64,000 nucleotides of DNA from Chloroflexota bacterium (GTDB taxonomy: Bacteria; Chloroflexota; UBA6077; FW602-bin22; JACPRP01): contig JACPRP010000118.1 in the NCBI GenBank assembly GCA_016189905.1, positions 11,478 to 75,477 on the forward strand. Direction: 5' to 3'. This document shows, in pieces, positions 35,968 to 44,752 of this stretch (positions are counted from its first letter, which is position 1; the number at the start of each line of letters is the position of its first letter). The notes beneath the pieces are model-generated. The model was not told the DNA's origin and did no database searches. It worked only from the letters and a program-made list of their open reading frames with translations. The position numbers and the translations under genes are program-made.

Positions 35968-37131
35968 ATGACGAACTGTTTCATCCCGTGGCGGAGCAAG
36001 GCATTAGTGTCTTTTATCTTGGTCCTTTCGATCGTGTCGGTTATCGGGTGCGCCCAGGCGACGCCTACCGCCACGCCCACTCAGGCGGCAAAGGCCACGC
36101 CGGCCAAAGAGGCGAAGCCGGAGGCGGTGGCGACGAAGCCCGCAGCTCAGGCGCCTACCCCACAGGCCAAGGAGGCCAAGCCTCAGAAAGAGGCCGCGAA
36201 AGACGCGAAGAAGGCCGCCAAGATCAGGGTGGCTTACGCTGCTGTCGCGGGAACCCAGACGCCAATCTGGCTGGCCAAGGAAAAAGGTCTCTACGAGAAG
36301 TACGGCTTGGACGCTGAAGTCGTCTACATCGCGTCGGGGGCTCCAACGGCCCAGGCTATGATCGCGGGAGAGATTCAGGTGGGTAGCACGGGTGGCGAGA
36401 GCGTTGTCACCTCGAACCTGGCGGGCAGCGATATCGTGATGATCGCGGCGACGAGCAACTACCTGGCCTTCTCCCTTTTCGGGCAACCTAACATCCAACG
36501 CGTCGAGGAGCTGAAAGGTAAGACGTTGGGTATATCGCGGTTTGGGTCCGGCCCCGACACTGCCGCCCGTATGACGCTGAAGCGGCTTGGACTGGAGCCA
36601 GGCAAGGACGTGGCCATCATAGAGTCTGGTGGCTCGCCTGAGACGTTCGGGGCTATGAAGGCCGGGGGAATTCATGCAACTGTGACCGGCCCCCCCAATT
36701 CGGTCGCCCTGAAGAAACTCGGAATGCGCGAGTTGGTGAACATCTCCGAACTCGAGATTCCCTACGTGCAGACCGGCATCGCCGTGAGCAAACAGTTTAT
36801 GGCGAACAATCGAGAGACGGTGATGAGCTTCCTTAAGGCGTATGTCGAAGCCATCTCTGTGGCTAAGAAGGACAAAGACTATACGATGAAGATCATCGGC
36901 CAGTACTCCAAGACAGATGACAAGGAAGTCTTAGACGATACGTACGAGTTCTATATGGCCAAGCTGGCGCCGAAAGTCCCGTACGTCGGTGTTGCCTCGG
37001 TGCAAACCCTCCTTGATGAGGCAGCAAAAAGTGTTCCGAAAGCAAAGGATGCCAAACCTGAGTCTTTCTTCGACAATCAGCTAATGAAGGAGCTGGACGA
37101 CAGCGGCTTCATCAAGAAGCTGTACGAGTAA
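35968..37131 (+). CDS. NitT/TauT (SsuA/NMT1) ABC substrate-binding lipoprotein
   Basis: Lipobox VIGC, Pro/Ala/Lys linker, WLAKEKGLYEKYGLD, LKGKTLGISRFGS, ELDDSGFI. Confidence 0.9.
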   Translation: MTNCFIPWRSKALVSFILVLSIVSVIGCAQATPTATPTQAAKATPAKEAKPEAVATKPAAQAPTPQAKEAKPQKEAAKDAKKAAKIRVAYAAVAGTQTPIWLAKEKGLYEKYGLDAEVVYIASGAPTAQAMIAGEIQVGSTGGESVVTSNLAGSDIVMIAATSNYLAFSLFGQPNIQRVEELKGKTLGISRFGSGPDTAARMTLKRLGLEPGKDVAIIESGGSPETFGAMKAGGIHATVTGPPNSVALKKLGMRELVNISELEIPYVQTGIAVSKQFMANNRETVMSFLKAYVEAISVAKKDKDYTMKIIGQYSKTDDKEVLDDTYEFYMAKLAPKVPYVGVASVQTLLDEAAKSVPKAKDAKPESFFDNQLMKELDDSGFIKKLYE

Positions 37132-37179
37132 GACGTATCCAGACAATTACCTGCTGCTGACATCACACGCACACCGCCG

Positions 37180-37208
37180 TTGACAAGCGAGGGACCTTGT
37201 GTTATCGT
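37180..37208 (+). promoter_or_regulatory. Sigma70 promoter followed by a long leader
   Basis: TTGACA-N17-TATCGT with extended -10 TG. Confidence 0.55.
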
Positions 37209-37502
37209 TGCGAAAGTCGTTGCTGCCGATCAGATAGAACGGTGTGCGATGCCTTGTGCCCCCCCAGGGCGGGGCTTGGAGCGTTACGGTTTAGTTAGCT
37301 TTGGCGCCTGGTCTTTAGTGTCAGACCCCCACACCAAGACTGTGGCGCGGTCCGAGGCATCGGACCGCTGGGGAGGGGGCGGGAGCTAGCTGGCCTTAAC
37401 TGAACTGTATTGGAGCTTGGGTCCTTTCCCCAGACAGGCCGGTGGGGCATTGAATCAAAACAGGTGTCTAGATCACGCATTAGGAAGGCGCAGGAGGAGT
37501 AA

Positions 37503-38660
37503 ATGTTAGACACGAAACTGGAGGACCTGAGTCGAGAGTTGGCCTTATGCTTGAAGTGCAAGATGTGCACATATGGCGACTGGCCCGAGAATTATCCCCT
37601 GTGTCCACCGTATTTCAAGAACGAGTTCTTCACCTACAGCGGCGGTGGTATGGTTTACATTGCCAGGTCTCTGCTGATGGGGCTGATCGATTATTCGCCG
37701 GCTATGGCCGAGATTCTCTATCAATGTACTACCTGTGGCAACTGCGATCGGATTTGTGAGGTTCTACCGGTCAGTCCACCGCACAAGTCGGTCACGGACA
37801 TCATCCGCCTGGTGCGGTCCCAGCTCGTGGCGAAGGGACAAACTGGACTGCCTGCGCTCGCGGAGCTGGGCGCCCGTCTCGTCGAGGAACACAGCCTTGT
37901 CGGGAAGAGAAGCTCGGAGCACCTGGCCGACCTCACGGCGAGAGGGACCAGAGGTCCCGTCCTGTTTGCCGGATGTCTGACGGCCCAGAAGCGTCCCACG
38001 GTCTTGAGAGACGTGGATCGCATCCTGGCCTCGGCGGACGTTGAGTATCAGCTAATGAGTGATGAGTGGTGCTGCGGGGCGCAGGCCTATGACCTGGGAC
38101 TCTGGGAATCCCTGCCGTCTTTGGCTGCTCATAACGTCGACGCTCTGCGAGCGCTTGGGGCCGAGCAGGTGATTTTTCTGTGTCCTCATTGCTATCGGTT
38201 CTTCGATAAGGTTTACCCGAGTATTCTGAACAAAGATTTGAATGAGCTGCGTTTGATGCACGTCGGCGAGTTTCTGGGCGAGCTTGCCCGCGAGGGGCGG
38301 CTTAACCTGCGCCGGGAGGTTCCGCTGAAGGTTACCTATCACGACCCCTGTAGTTTGGGAAGGATAGCCGGCCAGTTCGAGCCATCGCGTGATCTGCTGC
38401 GCCAGATTCGCGGACTCGAGCTGGTGGAGATGGCTCGAAACAAGATGAACTCCTACTGTTGTGGCGCTGGCGGTGGGGTGAAATGGGCTTTCCCAGACTT
38501 CTCGCGAGAGACCGCCGCCCAGCGCCTGGACGATGCCGTTGCCACAGGAGCTGATACTGTGGCCAGCGCATGCCCTCTTTGCGAGTGGTCGCTTGCCGAT
38601 GCCGGCGGCGCCCTGAAAGTTGCCAATGTCACCGAGCTGATCGCCTATGCTATCGACTGA
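37503..38660 (+). CDS. Fe-S oxidoreductase with 4Fe-4S and two CCG domains (GlcF/HdrD-like)
   Basis: CLKCKMC..CP, CTTCGNC...C, FAGC, EWCCG, CPHC, YHDPC.LGR, CCGAGGG, ACPLC. Confidence 0.92.
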   Translation: MLDTKLEDLSRELALCLKCKMCTYGDWPENYPLCPPYFKNEFFTYSGGGMVYIARSLLMGLIDYSPAMAEILYQCTTCGNCDRICEVLPVSPPHKSVTDIIRLVRSQLVAKGQTGLPALAELGARLVEEHSLVGKRSSEHLADLTARGTRGPVLFAGCLTAQKRPTVLRDVDRILASADVEYQLMSDEWCCGAQAYDLGLWESLPSLAAHNVDALRALGAEQVIFLCPHCYRFFDKVYPSILNKDLNELRLMHVGEFLGELAREGRLNLRREVPLKVTYHDPCSLGRIAGQFEPSRDLLRQIRGLELVEMARNKMNSYCCGAGGGVKWAFPDFSRETAAQRLDDAVATGADTVASACPLCEWSLADAGGALKVANVTELIAYAID

Positions 38661-38766
38661 GGCTGCTAATACTAATAGCCTTTCGATACGCTCTTTATTC
38701 CCTGGGGTGTGGCCTGTAGCCGCACGGCTTATGGGGGTTAACACCATCGTTCGGTGTAGCATTTTT

Positions 38767-38798
38767 TTGTGGAGCCTTGACTAATCAAGGCTCCACAA
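38767..38798. repeat. Perfect 14-bp inverted repeat
   Basis: TTGTGGAGCCTTGA-ctaa-TCAAGGCTCCACAA. Confidence 0.75.
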
Positions 38799-38942
38799 GG
38801 ACTACGCCTACCGTAAGGACCGAAACAAATAGTTAAAGCTCATTAGCTTGCGTAGGGCGGGGACATATAGGACTCGTCTATGACCAATTGGCATAAGATG
38901 CTTGATGGTGAAGAATACTCAGTAAAAAAACGGAGGGTGGCA

Positions 38943-39980
38943 GTGCGAAGCAGAGTCGTGCAAACCATGGCGACCATGGTGCTCCTGGTCATAACGCTGG
39001 TATCGGTTCTCGCGTGTACCCGCACGGAACAGGCCGCGACGCCGGAACAGTTCTATCGTGGGAGCACGCTCACGTGGGTGGTCTCGAGCGATGCTGGCAG
39101 CGGCTCAGATTTGAACAGCCGTGTTCTTGCCCAATTCTTAGCTAAAGAGCTTGGTGCTACGGTGAAGGTCGAGAACCAGGGACCTGACGAAGGGCTCAAC
39201 TACGTGTACACCGAGGCCAAGAAGGATGGGCTCACTGTGGTTATGAAGAACACCGACGCCATAATCGGGAACGATATCCTGAAGGCGCCCGGGGTGCTCT
39301 ACGAGACCGATAAGTTCAACTTCGTCGCGGGAACCAGCCCTAGCACCAAGGTCTTCCAGGCGTCGCCTAAGCTCGGCATCCGGACGCTGGATGAGTTGCG
39401 AAAGGTCAAAAAGGAATTCAAGGGGGGCGCCAGCACCGCTAAGGGGGCGTTCACGGTGAACGGGGCAGTTACGCTTGAAATACTGGGCCTGAATGGCAAG
39501 ATGATCACCGGCTACGAGGGTAGAAAAGGCGTCGTGATGGCGGTCAGTCGCGGCGAAGTGGATTTCCTGGTGGCTTCGGACGAAGGGGCGATGAGGGACG
39601 AGAGAGACGGATTCGTAGTGAGTACCTTTATCATAAACAAAGATAGAAGCCGGATATTGCCTGATCTACCGACCATATTCGAGCTGGGAGTGACGGTTCC
39701 CAAAGAGATGGAGGCAGCGCACGAATACATACTCGCGAGCGGATATGGCATTGCCCTGCCGCCAGAGGCTCCGCAGGATAGGGTTGATTATCTCCGGCAA
39801 GCGTTTGTGAAGTTCAGCGATGACAAGGACTTCCAAGCCGAGATGGAAAAGCTGAACGGGTACTGGAGCCCAATTGTGACAGGTAAGCAATTGCAGGACA
39901 AAATGGCTGCTATGAAGGCCAACAAAGAGCTGCGCAGTCAGTTGGACACCATATCTGCCAAGTATAGCGCTGTGCGATGA
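38943..39980 (+). CDS. Bug/TctC substrate-binding lipoprotein (copy 2)
   Basis: Lipobox VLAC; colinear paralog of 26567-27604 (TPEQFY.G, NDILKAPG..YET.KFNFVA). Confidence 0.85.
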   Translation: MRSRVVQTMATMVLLVITLVSVLACTRTEQAATPEQFYRGSTLTWVVSSDAGSGSDLNSRVLAQFLAKELGATVKVENQGPDEGLNYVYTEAKKDGLTVVMKNTDAIIGNDILKAPGVLYETDKFNFVAGTSPSTKVFQASPKLGIRTLDELRKVKKEFKGGASTAKGAFTVNGAVTLEILGLNGKMITGYEGRKGVVMAVSRGEVDFLVASDEGAMRDERDGFVVSTFIINKDRSRILPDLPTIFELGVTVPKEMEAAHEYILASGYGIALPPEAPQDRVDYLRQAFVKFSDDKDFQAEMEKLNGYWSPIVTGKQLQDKMAAMKANKELRSQLDTISAKYSAVR

Positions 39981-40065
39981 CCTGTTGAAGGCAAGGACAT
40001 AATCCGGAATGGGACTGGCGGATCGAATCGATGCGATGATTGCCAGGTACAAGGCTGCTCAATAA
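39981..40065 (+). pseudogene. 3' remnant of a third Bug/TctC paralog
   Basis: 40012-40065 encodes GLADRIDAMIARYKAAQ*, matching GLAEQIDAIFKKYAAAQ* at the end of copy 1. Confidence 0.7.
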
Positions 40066-40127
40066 GGATTCATTTTCGGTAGAAAGGGTGATTCGGCAGG
40101 ATCCCCTTGCTCACGTGGAGGAAGTAG

Positions 40128-40646
40128 ATGGTAGACAAAACGAAGACGATGGAGCGCGAGCCAGGCGCCGCCCCAAGTATGTATGAGATCCACGTTAAGG
40201 CTCGCCGTGATTTCATCGAGCGCCAGAACACCGGCAAGCTATTGATCAAATCGAACGAGCGCGAGTTTCGCATCGGCCGCCAGGGCAAAACAAAGAAATT
40301 CCTGTACCCGAATATGTGGCCGGAGAATGCTCTGCAAGACTGGTCGGTGTTTATGCAGGACGTGGTGTCTCACTCGGGAAAGCATCGCCACCAGGGAAGC
40401 CTGGTCATCTTCGTCCTTGAGGGGCGAGGGTACACGGTGGTCGAAGGGGTGCGGATGGGCTGGAAGAAAGGCGACCTCATCCTCTTGCCCTTGAAGCCAG
40501 GGGGTATCGAGCACCAGCACTTTAACCTTGAGCCCGGCCAGTCGTGCAAATGGATTGCGTTCATCTATTTTCCGATGTACAATCAAGTAGCTAGCTTCAC
40601 AGAGCAGATCGAGATCTGCCCTCTATGCACCAGTCAATCTGCGTGA
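40128..40646 (+). CDS. Cupin domain protein (copy 2)
   Basis: Colinear paralog of 27629-28150; GKHRHQG and EHQH. Confidence 0.85.
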   Translation: MVDKTKTMEREPGAAPSMYEIHVKARRDFIERQNTGKLLIKSNEREFRIGRQGKTKKFLYPNMWPENALQDWSVFMQDVVSHSGKHRHQGSLVIFVLEGRGYTVVEGVRMGWKKGDLILLPLKPGGIEHQHFNLEPGQSCKWIAFIYFPMYNQVASFTEQIEICPLCTSQSA

Positions 40647-40700
40647 CGCTGGTCACATGGCGGGCGCCACGGTGACCGGTGAAGGCTCGGAGGAACACGC

Positions 40701-41891
40701 TTGGTGACGAGATGGCACATCATTCCCACGTTTCTTCTAGTGGCCGTAGCGCTCGCAACCGGCTGCGTGAGTGAGCCGTCGCCCTCAGTTCCGGAGCCGA
40801 CCATACTATCTATCACTCCTCAACCCTCGGTGACCGAGGTGGGGCAGAGTGTGGAAACAAAAGCCAGGCCTGTGGCTGTGGTGGAGAGGCAGCCGAAGCA
40901 TGTGGAACGCCGACTTGCGGCGCTCGACGGCCTTGCGCCTGATGCTCGGCAGGAGAACTTGCTCGTCGAGGCCAGGAAGGAAGCCAGGGTCGTCTTTTAC
41001 GTGACCTCCGAAATCGATAAGATACGGGCGGAGGAAAAGGCCTTTAGAAAAAAGTACCCGTTCGTGGCCTCCGAGTTCGTTCGCGCCAATGCCACGGAGG
41101 CGATTCAGAAAATCCTTGCCGAATCGAGAACAGGCAGACAGATTGCCGATGTGATCCAGTTGCCGTCGGTCCAGTTCCAGGAGTTGATGAAAGAAGGAGT
41201 GTTTGGCAGATATCTGTCGCCGGAACGCGGGTCTTTCGACGAAGCGTTCCTTGACGAGCGGGGGTTTTGGACGGCGATCGATGCCAACGCGACAGTGCTG
41301 GCCTATAACAAGAATCTCGTGCAGGCGACGGCTTTGCCGAAGACGCTGCACGATCTATTGGATTCGCAATGGAAGAATAAGCTCGGACGGACACGATACG
41401 GCGGCCGCTGGCTGGCGGCGACGCTGAAATTGATGGGAAATGACCGTGGACTGGAGTTCGCGCAGAAGCTGGCGCAGCAGAACGTCACTATCGCCGAAAA
41501 TAGCACCGAGTTGACCCATCTCGTCGAGTCTGGTGAGGTTCTGGTTGGCTTCGGTGTTCTTACGCCGGGCTTGATGGCCCGGATCAAAAAGGGAGCGCCC
41601 CTGGGCATCCAATTCATCGATCCCACGTATTTCTCCGTGAGCGTAGCAGGTATCGCCCGGTCCGCTCCGCATCCCTATTCCGCCGCGTTGCTGCTCGACT
41701 TCCTCATGTCCAGAGAAGTTCAGGAATCGCTCGCGAGCAAGAACTCGATGGGCGGACGGACGGATGTGAGCTATCCGTGGAGCGACGAGATGAAAGCGGT
41801 GAAGACCATCATCTCCTACAGCCCTGACATTGTCGGCGATGAATACCGCGAATATCAGTCGAAGTTCGAATCACTATTCGTGAACAGGTAG
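40701..41891 (+). CDS. ABC substrate-binding lipoprotein (AfuA/Fe3+-type fold)
   Basis: Lipobox ATGC; ARKE..V.FY, F.KKYP, AYN.NLV, DLLD..WK, APHP.SA.LL.DFL.S.E.Q. Confidence 0.85.
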   Translation: MVTRWHIIPTFLLVAVALATGCVSEPSPSVPEPTILSITPQPSVTEVGQSVETKARPVAVVERQPKHVERRLAALDGLAPDARQENLLVEARKEARVVFYVTSEIDKIRAEEKAFRKKYPFVASEFVRANATEAIQKILAESRTGRQIADVIQLPSVQFQELMKEGVFGRYLSPERGSFDEAFLDERGFWTAIDANATVLAYNKNLVQATALPKTLHDLLDSQWKNKLGRTRYGGRWLAATLKLMGNDRGLEFAQKLAQQNVTIAENSTELTHLVESGEVLVGFGVLTPGLMARIKKGAPLGIQFIDPTYFSVSVAGIARSAPHPYSAALLLDFLMSREVQESLASKNSMGGRTDVSYPWSDEMKAVKTIISYSPDIVGDEYREYQSKFESLFVNR

Positions 41892-41897
41892 CAAGGA

Positions 41898-42422
41898 GTG
41901 ATAACGGTGGAGAAGACGAGGACGATGGCGCAAGAGCCAGATGCGAGCACGAGCGACTATGAAGCGCACCTTAAGGCCCGACGAGAGTTTATCGAGCAAC
42001 AGAACACGGGCAAGCTGCTCATCAAGGGCAACGAGCGCGAGTTCCGCATTACTCGTCAGGGCCGAAGCAAGTACTTTATGTATCCGAACGTCTGGCCTGA
42101 GCATGCACTCCAGGAGTGGATGGTATTCCAGCAGGATGTCGTACATCATACTGGCAAACACCGCCACCAGGGAAGCCTGGTCATCTTCGTGCTGGACGGA
42201 CGCGGCTACACAGTGGTTGAAGGCGTGCGGATGGATTGGAAGAAAGGTGACCTCATCCTCCTGCCGCTGAAGGCAGGGGGCGTCGAACATCAGCACTTCA
42301 ATATCGAGCCCGGGCAGTCGTGCAAGTGGATGGCCTTCGTCTACATTCCGATGTACGACCAGATAGCCAGCTTCACAGAGCAGATAGAGCTGAACCCACT
42401 ATACAGGGCTGAAACCAGCTAG
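41898..42422 (+). CDS. Cupin domain protein (copy 3)
   Basis: Colinear paralog of the other two cupins. Confidence 0.85.
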   Translation: MITVEKTRTMAQEPDASTSDYEAHLKARREFIEQQNTGKLLIKGNEREFRITRQGRSKYFMYPNVWPEHALQEWMVFQQDVVHHTGKHRHQGSLVIFVLDGRGYTVVEGVRMDWKKGDLILLPLKAGGVEHQHFNIEPGQSCKWMAFVYIPMYDQIASFTEQIELNPLYRAETS

Positions 42423-42432
42423 CTGGCATTGC

Positions 42433-42467
42433 TAGACCGACGCGGTTTCGAAAACCACGTCGATCTA
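42433..42467. repeat. Palindromic repeat (AGACCGACGCGG family)
   Basis: TAGACCGACGCGGTTT-cga-AAACCACGTCGATCTA. Confidence 0.75.
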
Positions 42468-42473
42468 CTCATC

Positions 42474-44624
42474 TCACAGGCTGGTTTCCGCCGCGTAGAG
42501 CAGGCGTGAGGCGGTGATGCCGTGCAGCGCCTGTTCGAAATGGCTCATGCTCAAGGGCGCGGTTCTGGCGAAATCGGCCTCGCGAAGCGCACACATCTTC
42601 GCTTCCTGGCAGAGCGCGTCGATTTCGGCCCCCGAGAAACCTTCGGTGCACCGAGCCATATCCTCGGCGATCTCGTCGGCGATCGCGGCTCGATCCAACG
42701 GCATGTTCCTCAATTGAATCCTGAATATCGCCTCTCTCTCTTCGCATGTCGGCAGCGGAACGAGCACGTGCATCCCAAAGCGGCCCGGTCGCAGCATCGC
42801 TGTGTCCAGAGCCTCCAGACGGTTGGTGGCGCCGATCACCACGACTTTGCTCAGCGCTTCGACGCCGTCCATTTCGGCCAGAAGCTGGCTCACGACGCGC
42901 TCGGTCGTCTTGGTCCCTTCATCCGTGCCTCGCACCGGCGCGATGGCGTCAAGCTGGTCGAAGAAGAGAACTGACGGCGCGACCTGGCGCGCTACACTGA
43001 AGACGTGGCGTATGCCCTGCTCGGATTCGCCCAGCCACTTGCTGAATATTTCGGGCCCTTTGACGGCGATGAAGTTGGCCTGGCACTCGCTGGCGATGGC
43101 CTTTGCCAGTAGGGTCTTTCCCGTGCCGGGAGGTCCGTAGAGCAAGATCCCGCTTGCTGGCCTGAGGTTTATTGCCGCGAAGACCTCCGGATGAAGCAAC
43201 GGCATCTCGACGAGTTCCTTGAGCTGCCTCTTGACCGGTTCCAGGCCGCCGACATCGTCCCAGGAGACGTCAGGGATGGAGACCACTGCCTCGCGCATCG
43301 CCGATGGCTTGGCCTTCGGAAGGGCCAGGTCGAAGTCCTCTTTCTCGACGACGAGCTGTTGCGGCGCCAGTTCGACGCTGCGGAGTTCGTGTGTCCGGCC
43401 CTTCAAGCTGCGACGCAGCGTGTTCAGTCCAGCCTCTCGGCACAACTCCATCAGATCGGCGCCGACGCATCCGTGCGTCGCGGCGGCAACAGCATCCAGA
43501 TGATCCATTGCCGCGTGCGATAGCGGCATCTCGCGTGTGTGAACCTGTAGAATCTGGAGACGGCCTGCCTTGTCTGGCGGGCCAATGAACAGCTCGCGGT
43601 CGAAGCGACCGGGCCGACGGAACGCCACGTCGATCGTGTCGATGCGGTTGGTCGTGCCGATGATGAGCACCCCGTCGACTCGCTTCAAGCCGTCCATCAG
43701 CGCCAGGAACTGGGTCGTCAGCCGAGTATCCGATTGAGAGCCGCTTTCCCCTCGCTTCGGGGCGATCGCGTCCAGCTCATCGACGAAGATGATCGACGGC
43801 GCGTGGTGAATGGCTTCGCCGAAGATGCGACGAAGGTTTGATTCCGACTCGCCGTAGATGGTTCCGATAATGTCGGGGCCATTAATATAGTAGAAGCGAG
43901 CGTCGATCTCGTTGGCCACGGCCCGCGCCAGGTGGGTCTTGCCCGAGCCAGGAGGGCCGTAGAAGAGCAGGCCACGCGGCGGCCTGATGCCCAGTTGGCG
44001 ATAGGCGTGTGGGAACTGCAGCGGCACCTCGATCAATTCCCGCAGCAGGTGGATCTCCCGGTCCAGCCCGCCGACGTCCTCGAACGTAACCTCCTGTGGC
44101 GGCTCGGCATGCGGGGTGGCCGACAGGTCCACCTCTATTTCGGTTTCCTCGGTGACCATGCCAGGGCCATCCTCCAGCTCTACCACCGTGTAGACCGTTC
44201 CAGCAGATGAGTGGGGGAAATTGGCGTAGAGCACCGAGCCCACGCTGATGAGGGCGCGGTTATCGATGAACTGGTCCTTTATGTGGTGCTCGAGGTCGTG
44301 GGCTAGGGTTACGTCCACCGCCGGCAGGAGCTTCGCGTTGCGCACTGCTTCCACCTGTGGCACCTTCTCGATCCATAGCTCTTGGCCCACGCGGACCTTG
44401 AGACCTTGCCTCAAGTACTGGTCGATCCGGACCAGACCTTTACCTCGATCATCCGCGAGCGGCTGCCCGACCCGCGCGAGAACGCGCCGTCCGAAGATGT
44501 TTCTGAGCTCGATGACATCCTCCGTCTGGATACCAGTCGTCTCCATAACGGATGGATCTAGAAACGCCAGGAAATGCCCGGCATAATCGATCGCCGATCT
44601 CTCTGCACGTAAAGATAGACTCAT
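42474..44624 (-). CDS. CDC48/VCP-family double AAA+ ATPase
   Basis: N-domain (RID...R.GL...VG); D1 GPPGSGKT/DELD/RRPGRFDRE; D2 VSWDDVGGL, GPPGTGKT, KWLGESE, LRPGRF. Confidence 0.92.
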   Translation of the reverse strand: MSLSLRAERSAIDYAGHFLAFLDPSVMETTGIQTEDVIELRNIFGRRVLARVGQPLADDRGKGLVRIDQYLRQGLKVRVGQELWIEKVPQVEAVRNAKLLPAVDVTLAHDLEHHIKDQFIDNRALISVGSVLYANFPHSSAGTVYTVVELEDGPGMVTEETEIEVDLSATPHAEPPQEVTFEDVGGLDREIHLLRELIEVPLQFPHAYRQLGIRPPRGLLFYGPPGSGKTHLARAVANEIDARFYYINGPDIIGTIYGESESNLRRIFGEAIHHAPSIIFVDELDAIAPKRGESGSQSDTRLTTQFLALMDGLKRVDGVLIIGTTNRIDTIDVAFRRPGRFDRELFIGPPDKAGRLQILQVHTREMPLSHAAMDHLDAVAAATHGCVGADLMELCREAGLNTLRRSLKGRTHELRSVELAPQQLVVEKEDFDLALPKAKPSAMREAVVSIPDVSWDDVGGLEPVKRQLKELVEMPLLHPEVFAAINLRPASGILLYGPPGTGKTLLAKAIASECQANFIAVKGPEIFSKWLGESEQGIRHVFSVARQVAPSVLFFDQLDAIAPVRGTDEGTKTTERVVSQLLAEMDGVEALSKVVVIGATNRLEALDTAMLRPGRFGMHVLVPLPTCEEREAIFRIQLRNMPLDRAAIADEIAEDMARCTEGFSGAEIDALCQEAKMCALREADFARTAPLSMSHFEQALHGITASRLLYAAETSL

Positions 44625-44752
44625 TTCTGCCTTCCCTTCCCACGAATTCGCACCCAGGCAGCGCATCGATAGCGAAGCTGCTGTTCGCAAAGATACACTC
44701 TGGGTACCTGGCTGTATATCTGACTTCGGTACGGTTTTGATTACCTCACGCC

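Noticed and set aside
35726-35971. 81-aa ORF between the AMDase-like gene and the SBP
   Set aside because: It starts within a repeat element and has no RBS or recognisable motif; it may be a gene remnant but I cannot support that.
38889-38903. Sigma54-like TGGCATAAGATGC upstream of Bug copy 2
   Set aside because: The GG-to-GC spacing is 8 nt, not the required 10.
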